NCBI GenBank assembly: GCA_012295275.1
Contig: CM022668.1
Span: 3,658,001 to 3,722,000 of the forward strand
Reading direction: 5' to 3'
Length of the DNA stretch: 64,000 bases
Origin: Chrysomallon squamiferum
Lineage: Eukaryota > Animalia > Mollusca
The notes under the pieces were generated by a model. The model saw nothing but the letters and a program-made list of their open reading frames with translations. It did no database searches and was not told where the DNA came from. Positions 1-15,008 of this stretch are shown here, one piece after another; the stretch's first letter is position 1; each line of letters opens with the position of its first letter. The position numbers and the translations under genes are program-made.

Positions 1-150
1 CACTCAGACACATACAGACACACACACAGACACTCAGACACACACAGAAACACATACACAGACACACACAGACACTCAGAGACACACTCAGACACACACA
101 CAAACACACACGCATCACACACACGCGCGCGCGCACACACACACACACAC
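1..150. repeat. Degenerate (CA)n microsatellite
   Basis: Direct reading. Confidence 0.9.
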
Positions 151-2315
151 CAGTACATATTTCCCTGAAAGTATTCAAAGTTTAATTGTCAATTTCAGAC
201 TAGATAATATGAAGTGACTGAAGTAATAAAATAAAAGGAAAGTGGAGGCTATCAGTGGCTCTAGTATGTTGAAATATTCGAGTGCGTGTTTTGTGACTTT
301 ACAGGTAACTACGTATTAAACATTTACACTTCCACAAACAGGATATTATAAGAGCCGATATTTCTTAGACCCTCAAAGCACCCAGTCATGTAGAACAAAA
401 CTGAAGTATTAAAAATAAAAACGAAAAACTTTACTACTACATCAACCATTAAACGTTAATAATAATACTGAAAATAGAAATTTAGAAAAATAACAATGAA
501 AACCTAAAAAGGAAATGTTTAGCACACAGTAGACATTTATCAATTAAAAACAATTCCTTACAGTTTAATTTTGTAAAACCTTTTAACCTTGTAGAAATTT
601 CATCACGTCACCGATAGATTAATAAAGTAATCCTTTTTTTTGTGGAAAGGCGATTTATACGTACCATGAAGATATAATTACAAACATGTATGTCAAAGCC
701 GCAGTGATAAACAGATTCTCGGGAATATTAACCAAAAGAGTTCAAACAAACAACAGCAGTAAGAATGAATTAATGTTCTATAAACTGTGTAAAAACCAAG
801 TGAGGAAAAAAAAAAGTAATATAAATCAAAGCGATTTTTCATATGGAAACATAAGTTTTAGTAGAGTGAGTAAGAAAGCTGATTTGTTTCTGTGATATCG
901 ACGTGCGTCGCACAAATCATTCTCGAAACTGTCGTACACATATGTGACACGTGACGAAGGTGCCAGCCTCACAGCATGTTTTAAAACGTAATTACAATAG
1001 GTAATTTAATACTTGTATAAAAACAGCCACATGAAAGAGATTTGTATTTATATAATGTCTCGCCAAACACGCCTAAGCTGTGGTTGTAATTAAGGACCAA
1101 GCAGACAGTGGAACATTAGTTAGAACGAGAATTAGACATATGTAGCCCGGAACAGTTCAGCGCGTCAAGTCAGCGCTTTACAAATAAGAAAAAAATGCGC
1201 TGCTGTCAGATTAATTGTAAATTTACGTTAAATAAATAATGTTGGCAAAAAGCTATTTATAAACAAAGATTGGCGTCTTAACCTTTTAGTGGAGCTAGAA
1301 CGAAAAAATTATAATTTATTATTAATAAAGGTTTGTCTGCAGGCGAAAGAAAAGACAGCAACAATAAAAAAATAAAAATAGACCAGGGGAAAAAAAGAAA
1401 ACAACAACAAAAAACAACAACAACAACAAACACACACAAAAAGAAAAAAAGTTTATCACATTTAGGTTTTTAGGAGACTTTATGTTCGTAGTATATCACA
1501 GGTATATAAAGAATTTTTCTGAACATTCTAAAGCATCATCTACTTTTATTTGCGATTTGTTTCAGGTATAGTCTTTGTAAATTTTCTACTGACTTGATTA
1601 AGTTGTAATCTGGATGTCATTGGTTTTCTATATTTATGTATATCCAGAGGCAATCACATTAGTATCATAAACTTTATATCATATATAACAACTGCTTATG
1701 TAACCTTTGGGTTTAAACAAAGGAAGAAACAAGCAGTCAAAGACAAAATGTAAAGGATCTTATCTCCATTACTGATTCAGTAAACAAACCATCAAACAAA
1801 CAAAAACAAAATTATTCCAAAAATAAATAAGTTTACTAAAAACATTGGTGTCACCGCATATGGTAAAAGAGTGACGATCCTAAACACTAATATATATTTT
1901 TTTAATTTCATTTGTTTTCCAACTTTAGGATTTATATTACAAAGATAATAAAAATAAAATTAAATTCTCAGTTGAAAGATAAAGAACCTTTTAATATCGA
2001 AGGCTTTAAAACAAATAATCTAATTTCGTTTGGTTTTTATTCTCCTACTGACAAACACATTAGGTGTGATGCAATATAAATTAAATCAATTTGAAATCTC
2101 AGATTATCCATGCATTTTAATGTCGGATACAGCTGAAGCATTAGTGTTGTGAAATCTAATTTATAGTTTTGTTATAAAGGCTGAAAGGTTTTAGTTTACG
2201 ACACCCTGGACTCGAGACGTGTCGAGTCAAGGAGAATATCGGCACCGCCGTCTGCTGAGAACTTTAAAGTTAACATAAAGAGCATGAAATTCAGATTCTT
2301 TTATATTTTTAGATT

Positions 2316-2318
<3 letters not shown>

Positions 2319-2411
<93 letters not shown>
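2319..2411. repeat. (CT)n microsatellite
   Basis: Direct reading. Confidence 0.97.
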
Positions 2412-2414
<3 letters not shown>

Positions 2415-2509
2415 TCTATGTATCACTGCTTCTATCATAAGTAATAATTATATAATATATAACAAAGATCAAATTTTCTTTTTAAATTTTATTATTATTA
2501 TTACTTTAA

Positions 2510-2555
<46 letters not shown>

Positions 2556-2614
2556 TACTTTTAAAGCGAATATCTTTAATTATTACAGTGATTAAATATG
2601 AAACTAACGTTCTG

Positions 2615-2741
2615 TGACGTCATGTCGTAGTTAATCGAGTGTTCACTGATTTCTCAAGCCTTTCTCAGAGGAATCGTCTCGTTTCGACAGAAGCCAAAAC
2701 AACTTCCGGTCGCATGACGATGCGGCGTGTCTGTGACGTCA
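2615..2741. promoter_or_regulatory. Candidate intronic enhancer: two full CRE sites and an ETS site
   Basis: TGACGTCA at 2615-2622 and 2734-2741, and ACTTCCGGT at 2702-2710. Motif match only. Confidence 0.4.
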
Positions 2742-3331
2742 TTAGGAGTATATCTTACATTACTTTGCGTTAATTACTTTGCATTACATTGTCGTACTGG
2801 GTTCGTGTAAACTACATTAAATAGTAATTTATTAAGTAATTCTTAATGGTACGTCAGCTTATTTTTAACAGCAGTCACATAACCGTACATAAAACACACA
2901 TGAACATACATATAAGTTCAAATAAGATAAATACTCCTGAAAAATAATTCTAAAATGATTAAAATAATATCCGCAATATTCTGCAGTAAACAGGTTACTA
3001 GGATTGTTTTTCTTTCTTTCTTAGTAATTCAGGCCTTACAGAAATATTCAAAAATATCTTAAATTGACGGAAGAGTGCATACTGTCTGTCTGTATGTGTG
3101 TGTTTTGTATGTAGGAGTTTATTACTGAATATAAATTTAAGACTTTCTCAAGAATTTACTCACACACATACATACAAACACAAACGCGATTTACTTATAA
3201 ATATGCATATTTGCAGCTACTCGTATTTTGTATTTTTATTTATTATTATTTTTTGTTGTTGTTGTTAAAATTCTTAGCACATGCTTTAACTTGCAAAATA
3301 CTTTTTTTACTGAAAATGTAATTTGCTCTTA

Positions 3332-3378
<47 letters not shown>

Positions 3379-4334
3379 TGCATATAGTGTACTTTAGGTG
3401 TAATTGTGTATTCAGAACAACATGATTTTTCACATTCCATTCACATGTCTCTCTCCTATGGTCTGCACTTTACGGCATCTCAAAAGAAAGTGATTAAAAA
3501 AAAAAAATAAGAAAAAAAAAATTTACGCATGGAGATAGATAACTCAGGATAGTTTTGTATTAGCTTTATTTTCTTAGATAATCTTGCAAATTCATTTTTT
3601 GCAGAAGATCCTAAAATAGCATTCACGTAGCATGTTTGATAAAAATAACAAGGGCGATAATCATCTAGATGTAACGTAAACTGAACGACTTGTTTTCTTC
3701 GCTTATTGAGGCAATCACTCAGTTGCTGTCAAACATCTATTCAAAAACATCGGCCTCATTTCAACATCGCTATAAATATCAAACGTGAAACCAGTCGACA
3801 GCGAACGTCCTAAAATCCTGTTACATCAAGTTCAGGCTCAAACGACAGGTTGATGGTTTTGCAACTGGATTTATGATCACGAAAAACGCGACTGAAAAAC
3901 CAAGACGATCCACTTTAATAACAAAGATCCTTTCTTTATTTACTTACAGAAAAACACTTTAGCCCACACACAACATAATGCTAACATATCACTGAATCAG
4001 ACCAATTTAATTAGCATGTGAAATGATTGTTCACAGAGGAAAGGTTAGATATAAATGATATATGCCAAGTATATCGATAATATAAATAATATATAATCAA
4101 ATTACTGACAATGCAGATGGAATAGTTCAAATACTGAAATGATGTAGATGCATATAATTAGTTGATAAAACTATGAAGGTATTGTAGATTTGAAGAGAAT
4201 GTCGATAATAATATTATAAACTGAACAAATCCCAAAATCAAAAAAAGATGTAATCTTTCTCTCTGTAAATTTTACATGTCAAGGCTCGGATCAATTTTAT
4301 AAGTATATGAAATGATAATATTTGAATATAATCT

Positions 4335-4470
<136 letters not shown>

Positions 4471-4762
4471 CTGCACATTATGTAACCAACACAACTATAA
4501 AAAAAAAATCATAGATAAAAAATACTTTAAGTAAAACAAACTCCTCGTTACATCTGTTTGATACATATCATAAAAATTATTATGTAACGTTTTCGATGAG
4601 TATTGTAATGTGAGAAAGACAAACATAAACATACTATATACACATCCTAGCTGAATCATGCATTTAATAGTCTTGTATTCTGGCAATGTCTTATATACAA
4701 ATATTTATTATATCAATTAGTAGTTATATCATCTTCTAAACTATTAATATTTATTTGTTTGT

Positions 4763-4801
<39 letters not shown>

Positions 4802-6195
4802 CTATAATTTGTGTTGTTTTGCAAAAAGTAAATGGAATTCGTATTCATGTAATAAAAAAAGTATAAAATTTTAATCTGGTGGTTTTCAATCAAGCTCAGA
4901 TCTATAAAATGTATATCGATGTTTTAAATCTACAATATGAAATATGACTCTGACACATATGGCGTTTTAAATAATCAACAATTAATTGTGTACGTTGGCT
5001 TTTCAAGAAAATTTCGTTAAAATACATACACATGTCTACTTCAGTGACTTCAGACAACTATTTAGATTTATTCTGATATGAGATTTCCTAATCAAAACGT
5101 ATTACAAGTGTATATATACTAGTATTTATGTGAATTATGTGTATATAAGTATGTGTACGTATATATATATGTGTATTTGTCTGTTCACTTTAATTGTTTT
5201 TCTAACATGCTAACATTGTAAGTTACTAACACTGCAACACCTCTCTTTTGCCGAGAGTGAACACTGAGTGAATACATTTCACATAGATGATTGTAGATGC
5301 CGTGAACTGACCGTATGTTTCAAAGAAAACTATTATTTAATGATACTGAATGTTATTTATATTGAAACAATATTACTTAATTACTTCTGTAAGTAACGGC
5401 ACGAAAGGATATCTCCTCCTTATCTTAATCTGAAGATGGCTTATTAACATTTTACAAACAAAATTCTGAAATGAGAAATTTTTAACAATAATAAAATTAG
5501 AATTGTGTCCTGTTAGAGCGATTGTGTTGTTCACACTAACCTTTATTTAAAGTAAATGAAAATTATTAAAAGTGAAATAATAATTTTTTCTTCTTGTATT
5601 AGGCATACTCTGTAAGATGTTTTGAAATTTCACCCACACACGAAAAAGTGGAGATATTAAATGCATTTTCTCTTCCTAATAATTGCTTATATGAAGAATA
5701 TTTATTGTTGTTATTATTATTATATAAATATATAGACACACACACATTCAGCTAATTTATAAAATAGTTTTTATTTCAGAAGTATTTTTTAAATTTATAT
5801 CCTTTTTCTTTTCCTTATTTAAGTACTTCTTTTTTAATTCAATTTTTATTTTTAAAACATTTATGGGTTGTTGCTGTTGTTATTTGTTTTGTTATAGCCG
5901 TCAGTGGTGAATATTAAAACACGGAAAAGGTTATTTTAAGGTAAAACAAACCAGCGTGTATATTCTGCTTGATATTTCTAAATGACAAAGAAAGCCAAAC
6001 TGTTTCTTTAAGGAGAATTCTAAAAAAAGAATCGCTCACTTATATAATGCATATTTCGTTTAAAGAGATTTAGAAAAATATAATACGATGGATAACATTA
6101 TTATTCTAGAAATTTTACTGTTGTAATTAACCAGAAAGAAATATCAACAACAAACAAAAAAGCATCATTACTAATTTTCTAAAAACAGTAGGAGT

Positions 6196-6232
6196 ATAAT
6201 AGTAGTAGTAGTAGTAGTAGTAGTAATAGCAA

Positions 6233-6270
<38 letters not shown>

Positions 6271-6273
6271 ATA

Positions 6274-6305
<32 letters not shown>

Positions 6306-6329
6306 AATGATGATGATAATAATAATAAT
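6196..6329. repeat. Compound (TAG)n(TGA)n(TAA)n trinucleotide microsatellite
   Basis: Direct reading. Confidence 0.95.
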
Positions 6330-8836
6330 GTGTGTGTCTATAGTTCAGTACTAAATTTATCAATGATGACGTTTACAGCCCTTTTCCAATTCTACAGTCA
6401 GTCTACCGGGTCATAACGTAACTGACTGTTTCTCATTTCAAAAGACTTGTGATATGAAAACAAGCATATAATCCTAAAAATAACATTTCTTAAATATTTC
6501 TAAGACACGACAGACATTTTAAGTGAAATAATAAAATATATGTAAAAGCATCCCAAGGCCACAAAGCGAAATGATCTAAAGACAGTCTCTGTACTGTGAA
6601 ATCCAGGATGGTTTCAGTTTTGATTTGGAATGTAATATTTGACTTTTGAGAGATACTTGACTTTTGTTTTGATGAAAGGTTCCCGGGGCGGGTATTGATC
6701 CCAGGATCCTGTGTTTCCCTGAAAACATCGTGTCGACTGCCTCCAGCTATTTCTGTTTGCTTGTACAAACACAAGAACATTAATAAACTCTACAACGATT
6801 TCATCAGAATAAATTCTTTTTTAGTTTTAGGTTTTCTTTCTGAACAAAGAGAAATATATAAAAAAAAAAAAAAAAAAAAGAGATCTGAAAAAGAAGAGAA
6901 ATTAGAAAGAATAACTAGAAAACAAACAAAAAAAATATTTTTACTTTCAAAATTAATGAAAAAATAAAAGAAGGGAATAAATAATAATATTTCAATCACA
7001 TTTGTAAATAAACGAAATAATATTACAAGAAATGTTATCAGGGCTTATAAGACATATCCAATCAACGTGAAAAAGTGTATAGCACGTACATATTTTTATC
7101 TTTCAGTCATTCAGTTAATTATGACGTCCTTTTCTTTACCGTCGCATTAAAAGAGACTAATTCTATTAATTGTGAGATCCGAGCAAAATCAGTAAAATAA
7201 ACATTCACGTCTTCTGCATAAAGGTTTTAGTTTACCAAAAATATTAATTTGAAGAGAAAATCGTCACCTACGCATGTGTTGAGAATAAGTCAATAGTACC
7301 ATCTGACCAGCAAATGCTATTAGTCATTACCGACTGTCTTATAACACACACCGTGTTAAAGCAGATTTGACAACGAATAAAATTAGCTGACGTAAAACCA
7401 TTTCAGTGAGTCCAACGAGAAACATAATTTACTTGCACTGGTCACATGACGTAACCGGAAGTTAAAATTACTGAAGAGTGAAATTATCGGTTTTTCTGCA
7501 TGAACGGAAGTGTAAGCTGTTATCTGTACGTTAATAAAGAAAAATAATCCATGATTTACGGTTAAATATATCGTATATGAATTGGTTTGATGACAAAAAT
7601 ATTTACGTCTGAAATAATCCGATAGAGAGCTTTAAATGAAAATTCTTAATATTAATATTTCATACTGTGTGAAACGTGAACAAGATTCAGTTGTCATGGA
7701 AGCGTTTTACATATGAACAAAAGAAAGTCAGTATGAGAGGAGAAGAATAAAAAGAAAAAGAAAAAGAAAGAAGCAGAAAGAAAATGGTGTAATCTTACTG
7801 AGTGTGTTAAATGCAGTGAGCGATAGAGGGTTTTTCAACACAATTTTTTATGAATATTTTGCAGCTTTTAAAAACTAGTCAGTCTGTGCAATTTTGTTTT
7901 TTATAAATGTCTGAGCCTAGTTTCTTCAGATATACTGTCAGATGCAGGAATCTGATTATTCGAAAATATCTCAAAGGGAACAGTTCGTTACTTCTTCAAG
8001 CGGTTTTTAAGTACAGGAATTTACACTGGACATAGAACCCACTTGTCTGCCCAGTTAGACATTCAGCTCTTGCTGCTTCAATTATATTACCTGCATAACG
8101 ACTGCTGCTATAAACATCACCACTACCTCTTCAGCCATCACCATTTTCTACTACTACTATAATTACTACTACTACCTCTACTACTACTACTATTACTACT
8201 ACTCCTACTGCTAGTACTATTACTATTACAGTTTGTACTGCTGCTACTATAACATTATGTATTACTACAGAAAAATCTGTTGCTACTTCTACTATGCCTG
8301 CTACTACTGCATCACATTACTAATACCAGCAATCTTGTACCTCTCTTATTACTATAATTATTTGATTCATGTAGATATTTAATTTCTGTCACTATAAAAT
8401 TAACGTATAGCTCTACACAGCCAGCCATTGACAATACTATTGTTATAATCTCGATAACACCTGAAATTTGTGTTTAGATGTGAAAAGATACAAATGAGTT
8501 TACTAAACACTTTCTGATGGTTCGTGGGAACAGAACTCGGTTCGAGGGTTCTTCAGTTAATCAACAGCTGGAGTCGCCAAGTTTTGTGCCTGTGTTTTGA
8601 CGTAGATAAAACACGCACGTATCTGGCAAGATGAAGATTTATCAAATATAAATGCCAGTAGATTATCTGGAAAAATGATCGAAGTCTTATGACTGTTAGT
8701 AAACATCTGTGATAAAGAGTTCCGGAACTAACGCACTGAAAAAGTGTCAGGTATGTTCTTACTTGAAGAGGGCAAAGAACTGTTAGATATTTTATATAGT
8801 GTAATGAACTGACAGTCCAGTGCCTTAGAAGAGAAT

Positions 8837-9020
8837 ATGAACGATCTACAATAGTAAATGAATTAACTATGAGTCAAAATGAACGATCTACTAGTGTAAA
8901 TGAAGTAACTATGAGTCAAAATGAACGATCTACTACTGTGAATGAATTAACTATGAGTCAAAATGAATGATCTACTAGTGTAAATGAATTAACAACGATC
9001 TACTAGTGTAAACGAATGAA
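8837..9020. repeat. 42-bp minisatellite, about 4 copies
   Basis: Unit ATGAACGATCTACTAGTGTAAATGAATTAACTATGAGTCAAA, starting at 8837, 8879, 8921 and 8963, followed by a truncated copy. Confidence 0.9.
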
Positions 9021-10411
9021 TTGCAAAATTTCAACAAAATTGTTAGCAGAAAAAAAATGAACTTGAGAAAATTAATCTTAGATCATATTAAGTAAAAATC
9101 GAACCTAAGTATATTTGATATGACTTAAAAGCTTGTTGAGAAGATGAAGTAGAACATTAAGTGTGTGTTTTTTTTAAGCCAGATGTTTACAACTTCAGAA
9201 TAACAACGAGAGACACATATTTAACGATTTATAGAATATAAAAACATAAGAATCGCTTATAAATAACATTCATTACCACTTTGTGTGTATGTGTGTGTGC
9301 GCGCGTGTTTGTATGTGTAGATGATCACAATTTTAATTAGTCTATTAATAATAATATATTAGACAAAATAAGTCATTATTGACATATTAAGTGCATTTCT
9401 CTACAGATAATGTCTGAAAGGAAAGTCATTAGCACACAATACGTATAATAAAACAATAAAACATTTAATATTCTTACAAACGTTACAACCAGCTGTCTCA
9501 GGCTAACGTATTCACCAATGTTAATTATCTAAATAAATATTAATATACGTACGTCCACAAGAAAATGATAAATTTATATATGCTGTATATGTGGGTGTGA
9601 ATGTGTTTGTGTGTGTGTCTGTGTGTGTATATACAATTTATATACGCGTGTGTATATATATATGTGTGCAAATATATGAATGTGCATATGTATGCATGTA
9701 TAGATGTATATATTCTGTTTAAATGGTTTACGTTTTATTCACTATATTTGTACGAAGTAGATAAAATATATAAATTACATTGCTATTGAATTCATTTCTT
9801 ATATTAGTGTAAAATTGTTATACATCTAGAACAGATATTTGCTATCGTGAAATAAAGAAACTCGACTATTTTACACTTATTAACTTCTAAACAAGAGACT
9901 CTCATCTTTAATAATTTGATTTAAATTCACTGCAAAAGGTAAGTGGAAATCAAAATGTCAGTGTTACAATTTAAATTTTCTCTCGACGTATTTCTGACAG
10001 AACTGAATTCGTTTCAGCACATCAAAAGGAATATATTTAAAACACCTGAAATCGGAAGTTTATCTAGGTTCAATCCGGGATGTTTTCATAAACATTGCAG
10101 AGTCATAAACTGGTTTAACAAAAGCAGATGAAAATAGAAATTTGAACTTAGTGTGGTATGTTGTCTTTCATGTCAGATCTTTTCCTCTGACCAGTTTTTA
10201 TTTATTTCTGTGTTGTTGTTGTTGTTGTCGTTGTTTTTTGAATATTCAAAGAATCTTTCTGTTGTTGTTGTTTTGTTTTTTGTTTTTTATCTTTTGTAAA
10301 AGGCAAAATGTTTTTAAAGATTTTATACCAATTCTTTTTATTATTTTTAAATAGATTACAAAAGTAAAATAATAAGTTTTAACGAATCTGAAATTTAAAT
10401 AATAATAAAAA

Positions 10412-10476
<65 letters not shown>

Positions 10477-11307
10477 TACAAGTAATAGTAATAATTAAAT
10501 AACATCAGACAGAGAAAATGCAGTGATCATAAACTGCTAGCTCTGAAAGGAATCCAGGCATCTCCAACAGTATCAGTGTTAATAAGACTGTGATAGGGAA
10601 TCTGTGCGTCGTGTGTAATTTCGTCACAATCAACAGATTTCAGACGTTGAACATCTTCCAGATCCTTACAGGTCTTGGCAAAAATACAGAAGATGTCAGT
10701 TTAAATTTATTTTAATATTTTTCGCAGAAATTCGCTTTCCATGTTGGTGATATGTATGTTATTCCCAAGACGGTATCAAGTATCTAGATTGAACTGGAGG
10801 ATGAAAATGAAAATTAGCTTAGAAATTAGTGAATATTTGTTTACCATTCATTCCATTTGAGATGATAAAATTAGAAATGACTGAAATACTAACAAATATA
10901 AGTCTTGGTGAAAAAAGTTATGTAGACATATACACTACTGAAATAGAAGTGGTAGTGGTTGTAGTAATCGTGGCAGCAGTCGTTGTAATAACAGTAACAT
11001 TAATGTTCAAAGTCCTTTTTTTTTGTTTGTTTTGTTTTTTTAATAATTGCTAAATTAATAAACAGAGTAATACATGTTAGTAAAAGGATATCGTAGGCAA
11101 ATATGAAAAGTTTAAATTTCACAAAAACCATTTAACAATAACTTTCTTCATTTAAAACTTCACCATTCTTTGTCTACAGGCATTCTCTGTTAGTGTACGT
11201 ATTTTAAAACTAAATATAACAAATATCAAGCTTTATCCTCCAACTAAAAAACCCTGAAATTAAACATCTGATTTGACCCAAAACTACACATATCAGTAGA
11301 TGTACAA

Positions 11308-11349
<42 letters not shown>

Positions 11350-11908
11350 CAGCGACAATGTAACTAATAGTAAACAAAAGAAGGAAACGATATCACAAGT
11401 AAAACAAAAGAACACAAATAACTGTGATACAAGAAAACCCCAAACAATTAATCAGTAAACAGAGAATGCCAACAACAACAACAAAAGAATACTCAGAAGT
11501 GAGAGACAGAATTTCATTCCAAAACAGTTAACGGTTATGACTTTAAATTATGTTGTATTTGAGTCGAATGCTGCAGCTCAGATTCAAAGAGTTAAATTTA
11601 ATTTTTTCCTGTGACAATCAGTTTAAATTACGTGTGTTGGTTTTCAAGTCTCGTAACCACAGTAACGCAGCTTGCCGTTCTTTCAACACTTTAACAAATA
11701 CAGTTACCCAATCAAGAAGCCGGCACCCAGAACTAGATTTCAATTGATTTTTATTTTGACAGACCGAAAGACAGACAGACAGATAGTCAGGGAATCATGA
11801 AGGAAGAAATCTCATTATACTAATAATCTTACGTTATGTGCAAAATTTGAAAGCCACTTCTTAATAAGCAGCGATCCAAATGTGTCACGTCTTTCTACTG
11901 TGCTGCTG

Positions 11909-11922
11909 TACTACTACTACTA

Positions 11923-11982
<60 letters not shown>

Positions 11983-12013
11983 ATATTAATAATAATAATA
12001 ATAATAATAATAA
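11909..12013. repeat. (CTA)n then (TAA)n microsatellite
   Basis: Direct reading. Confidence 0.95.
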
Positions 12014-13782
12014 TTAAAAAAAAGAAAAGAAATGTGAATGCACAAAAGCACGTACCTAGTTTCAGATTCTTTAACACGAAATACGAATTTGCACGTCAGC
12101 TTCCGTGTATGTTTTTTACAGAACGGTTGCAAATAACGTAATCACATTCTCTCTGAACAATGAAATCGTACAGAATAATTACATAATCTGGTTTTCTATT
12201 TACTGTTAGTAGTTTACAGTTTGTTACGTTGGTTCACTGGACTTTAGAATTAACCAATCAAATAAAAGCAAACAATTTTGGGGATGTGCTATTTTTAGAA
12301 CAGGTCTGACAGTAAGTGGTTGTGTTTTATTGTTTTAATTTACACTTCATTTTATCGGATTATCGCTGTAAACTAGAAAATTTGATAATGAATTTAACAA
12401 TCTAACTGCATCTGTTGGAAAACATTAACGGAGATGAAGCATGCTATTTTAAATAAACTGAACGATGATCCTGCCATGTTTATCAAACCAAATATTTATT
12501 AGACAGCGTTTAGGCAGAAATTCAAAACAGCAGAGAATGATTTAATCATGTGTCACTGAGTTATAGGTAGGTCATCTTAGGGCATCTTTTTCATCTCAAA
12601 ATAAAATAAATATTAATCTCACGAAATGATTTTAAATTTGTTCATGCACTCAACTGCTTATAGAAACTCATTTCATTATTAATGTAATTATATAAATAAT
12701 AAAAACAGTATGTAATATTCGAAATTTTTGTTTAGACTGGTTAAGATGGCAGTTTTATGTCTGGGAGCTGAAAATAAAAATGAACTGACTGAAATACTGG
12801 CTTCACTAATTACACAGATGTGTTAGTTTAAAGTTTGTGAATCCTTTCAGACATTTCAGTTTTCCGTATTAATGCCAAAAATAAAAATTTATTTTAAAAT
12901 AAAAATATTTCGTGGAAATGCATCGTAAAAAACATGCTTTATAATAATTTTGAGTTAAAAGAAGAAGAAAAATAATATTATGATGATGATTTAGAAGAGG
13001 AGAATTTTAAATAAAATTTAAAGAAAAAATTAAATAGAAAATTCATAATAGACAAAAGTAAAGGATATGTCGGAGATATTTTTATAATTTATAGACTGTT
13101 AATTAATTATATTTTTTGTAAACTGACAGATAATTTTTTAAGTCTGGAGGTCCTATGGCTGCCTTCGTTATGAAGACATTAAAAGCAGTTTGTTGTCAGA
13201 AATGTGAAAAATGTCTGAAGCTGTAAAGAATAATCAAAGTTGTTTTTTATACAATAATCTTGCCTATAGCAGAATTTCAGATCTCAGATTTCTCTATCTT
13301 AATGTGTTGAATTATTTGCAGCTACTGACACTAATTAAACCGGAATGTCTAAAACTGTTATGTACAGTGAATTTTTTTTTTTTTGTAAAATTTGTTATTT
13401 TCCTTCTTTTTTATATTATCCACACTTTGAGTCTGTTTTATTTCATTTCATTCTTCCTAGACGATTTGACATTCTATTTCTTAGAGCTTCTAGACATCAT
13501 CATCATCATCCTCATTGTCATCATCAGTTAATCATTATCGTGATCACTCAACGGTAATGATTATCTTTGTGGTTTCACATCATCCTGATTGTCTTCGTTG
13601 TCAACACATCATAATCATCATCATGATCACGACAGCACTGTTATAACCAACGCCATCATCATAATCAACATCATCACGATATTTTTGTTCTTCTAAAATA
13701 TTACATCCCAGTCATTTCCAACACAAGTGTATCGAACAGATGTTTTGTCTTTTTTAAGTTTTATTATTATTATTATTATTAT

Positions 13783-13819
<37 letters not shown>

Positions 13820-14675
13820 CTTATAGCTAACAATGATAATTCTCTGATTTCATACAAGTTAAAACGTGAATACTTTATTTTCTATTGACAGGCAACAGCT
13901 GATAAACATTAACTAATAGATTTACCTGTAACACAGAATGAAATAACTTAATACTGCGAATACAATACAGGTAATAAAATGTCAACGTAGTTAACGCAAA
14001 CATAATATGTAATAGAGATACATGTATACAGAACTGAATGAGATCAGCAAAGAAAACCATCAAGTGACTTGTACAAACAGGTATTTATGAACATATGTTT
14101 TAGAGATGGCACTGCAGTAAGATAAAAATCTTTGTCTATTCTAATGATGATTTTGAATTCCGACTTGAAACTAATTTATTTTGTATTGATGGTTTTCCGA
14201 CTACACACAAATATTTAGACTTTTTACTGTGTTAAGTAAAGCCCGTAATAGATCGCATAATCGATATACTGGAAAGTTAAAATTACAACATTAATTTGAA
14301 TTTAAATCATAATAATAAATCAGACGTAAAACTTTATTGACAGATTTTAGAATTCTCTCTCTTTCTCTTAGATATATGTATGTAGCCGAGTAAGAGGATG
14401 TATGTGTTTGTATTCATGTATATATGTAACCACATCGAATCAAACACTGTAAAAAACCCACAAAAACAAACCCCCACAAAACAAACACCAACAATAACTA
14501 TAAACTGAAAGAAAAAAAGTGGAAAAAGTCAGCGCAGATTAAACAATTATTCTGTTAGGATTTACTATTAAATAACCATTACAAACGTTTGGAATCATCA
14601 TGAATATTCGTGAATATTTGTAAAATCAGAATAGATGATTTATCTAAGAGGAATGAAGATACTGTATGTCCATCG

Positions 14676-15008
14676 CGTACTGCGGAAAAGCGAATGATAA
14701 CATACACGTTCATACCGAGGTGAATAAAAACGTTAGACTTTCAAATCATATTCAGGTCAACGAAAATATCAGCTATCCATGCATATTAAGGTAAAGGAAA
14801 ACGTGAGATACTCCAGGCATACTGAGGTTGAAAAAACTGCGAGATATTCACCAATAGCAAGATAAATGAAAGCGTGAGATATCTCACCTTTAGTGAGATA
14901 AAAAGTATAAAGTATACATTATGCACCCAACTGAGATAGGGGGAAAAGTTTGATATTTGATTCATACTGAGGTAAATGAAATAATGAAATGAAGGAAAAC
15001 GTGATCTA
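14676..15008. repeat. Strongly decayed ~36-bp tandem array, about 9 copies
   Basis: Recurrent CATAcTGAGGTaAAtGAAAacGTGAGATAt motif at 14711, 14747, 14782, 14818 and onward, with 35-36 bp spacing. Confidence 0.7.

Noticed and set aside
12560-12610. Possible next nAChR exon (minus-strand GATGAAAAAGAT, DEK...)
   Set aside because: It reads DEKDALR then stop, with no NQ...TNVW motif and no proper acceptor. No downstream receptor exon was found in 1-16513.
14676-15008. Repeat-spacer (CRISPR-like) appearance
   Set aside because: The whole period is about 36 bp and the variable parts are still alignable, so it is a decayed tandem repeat.
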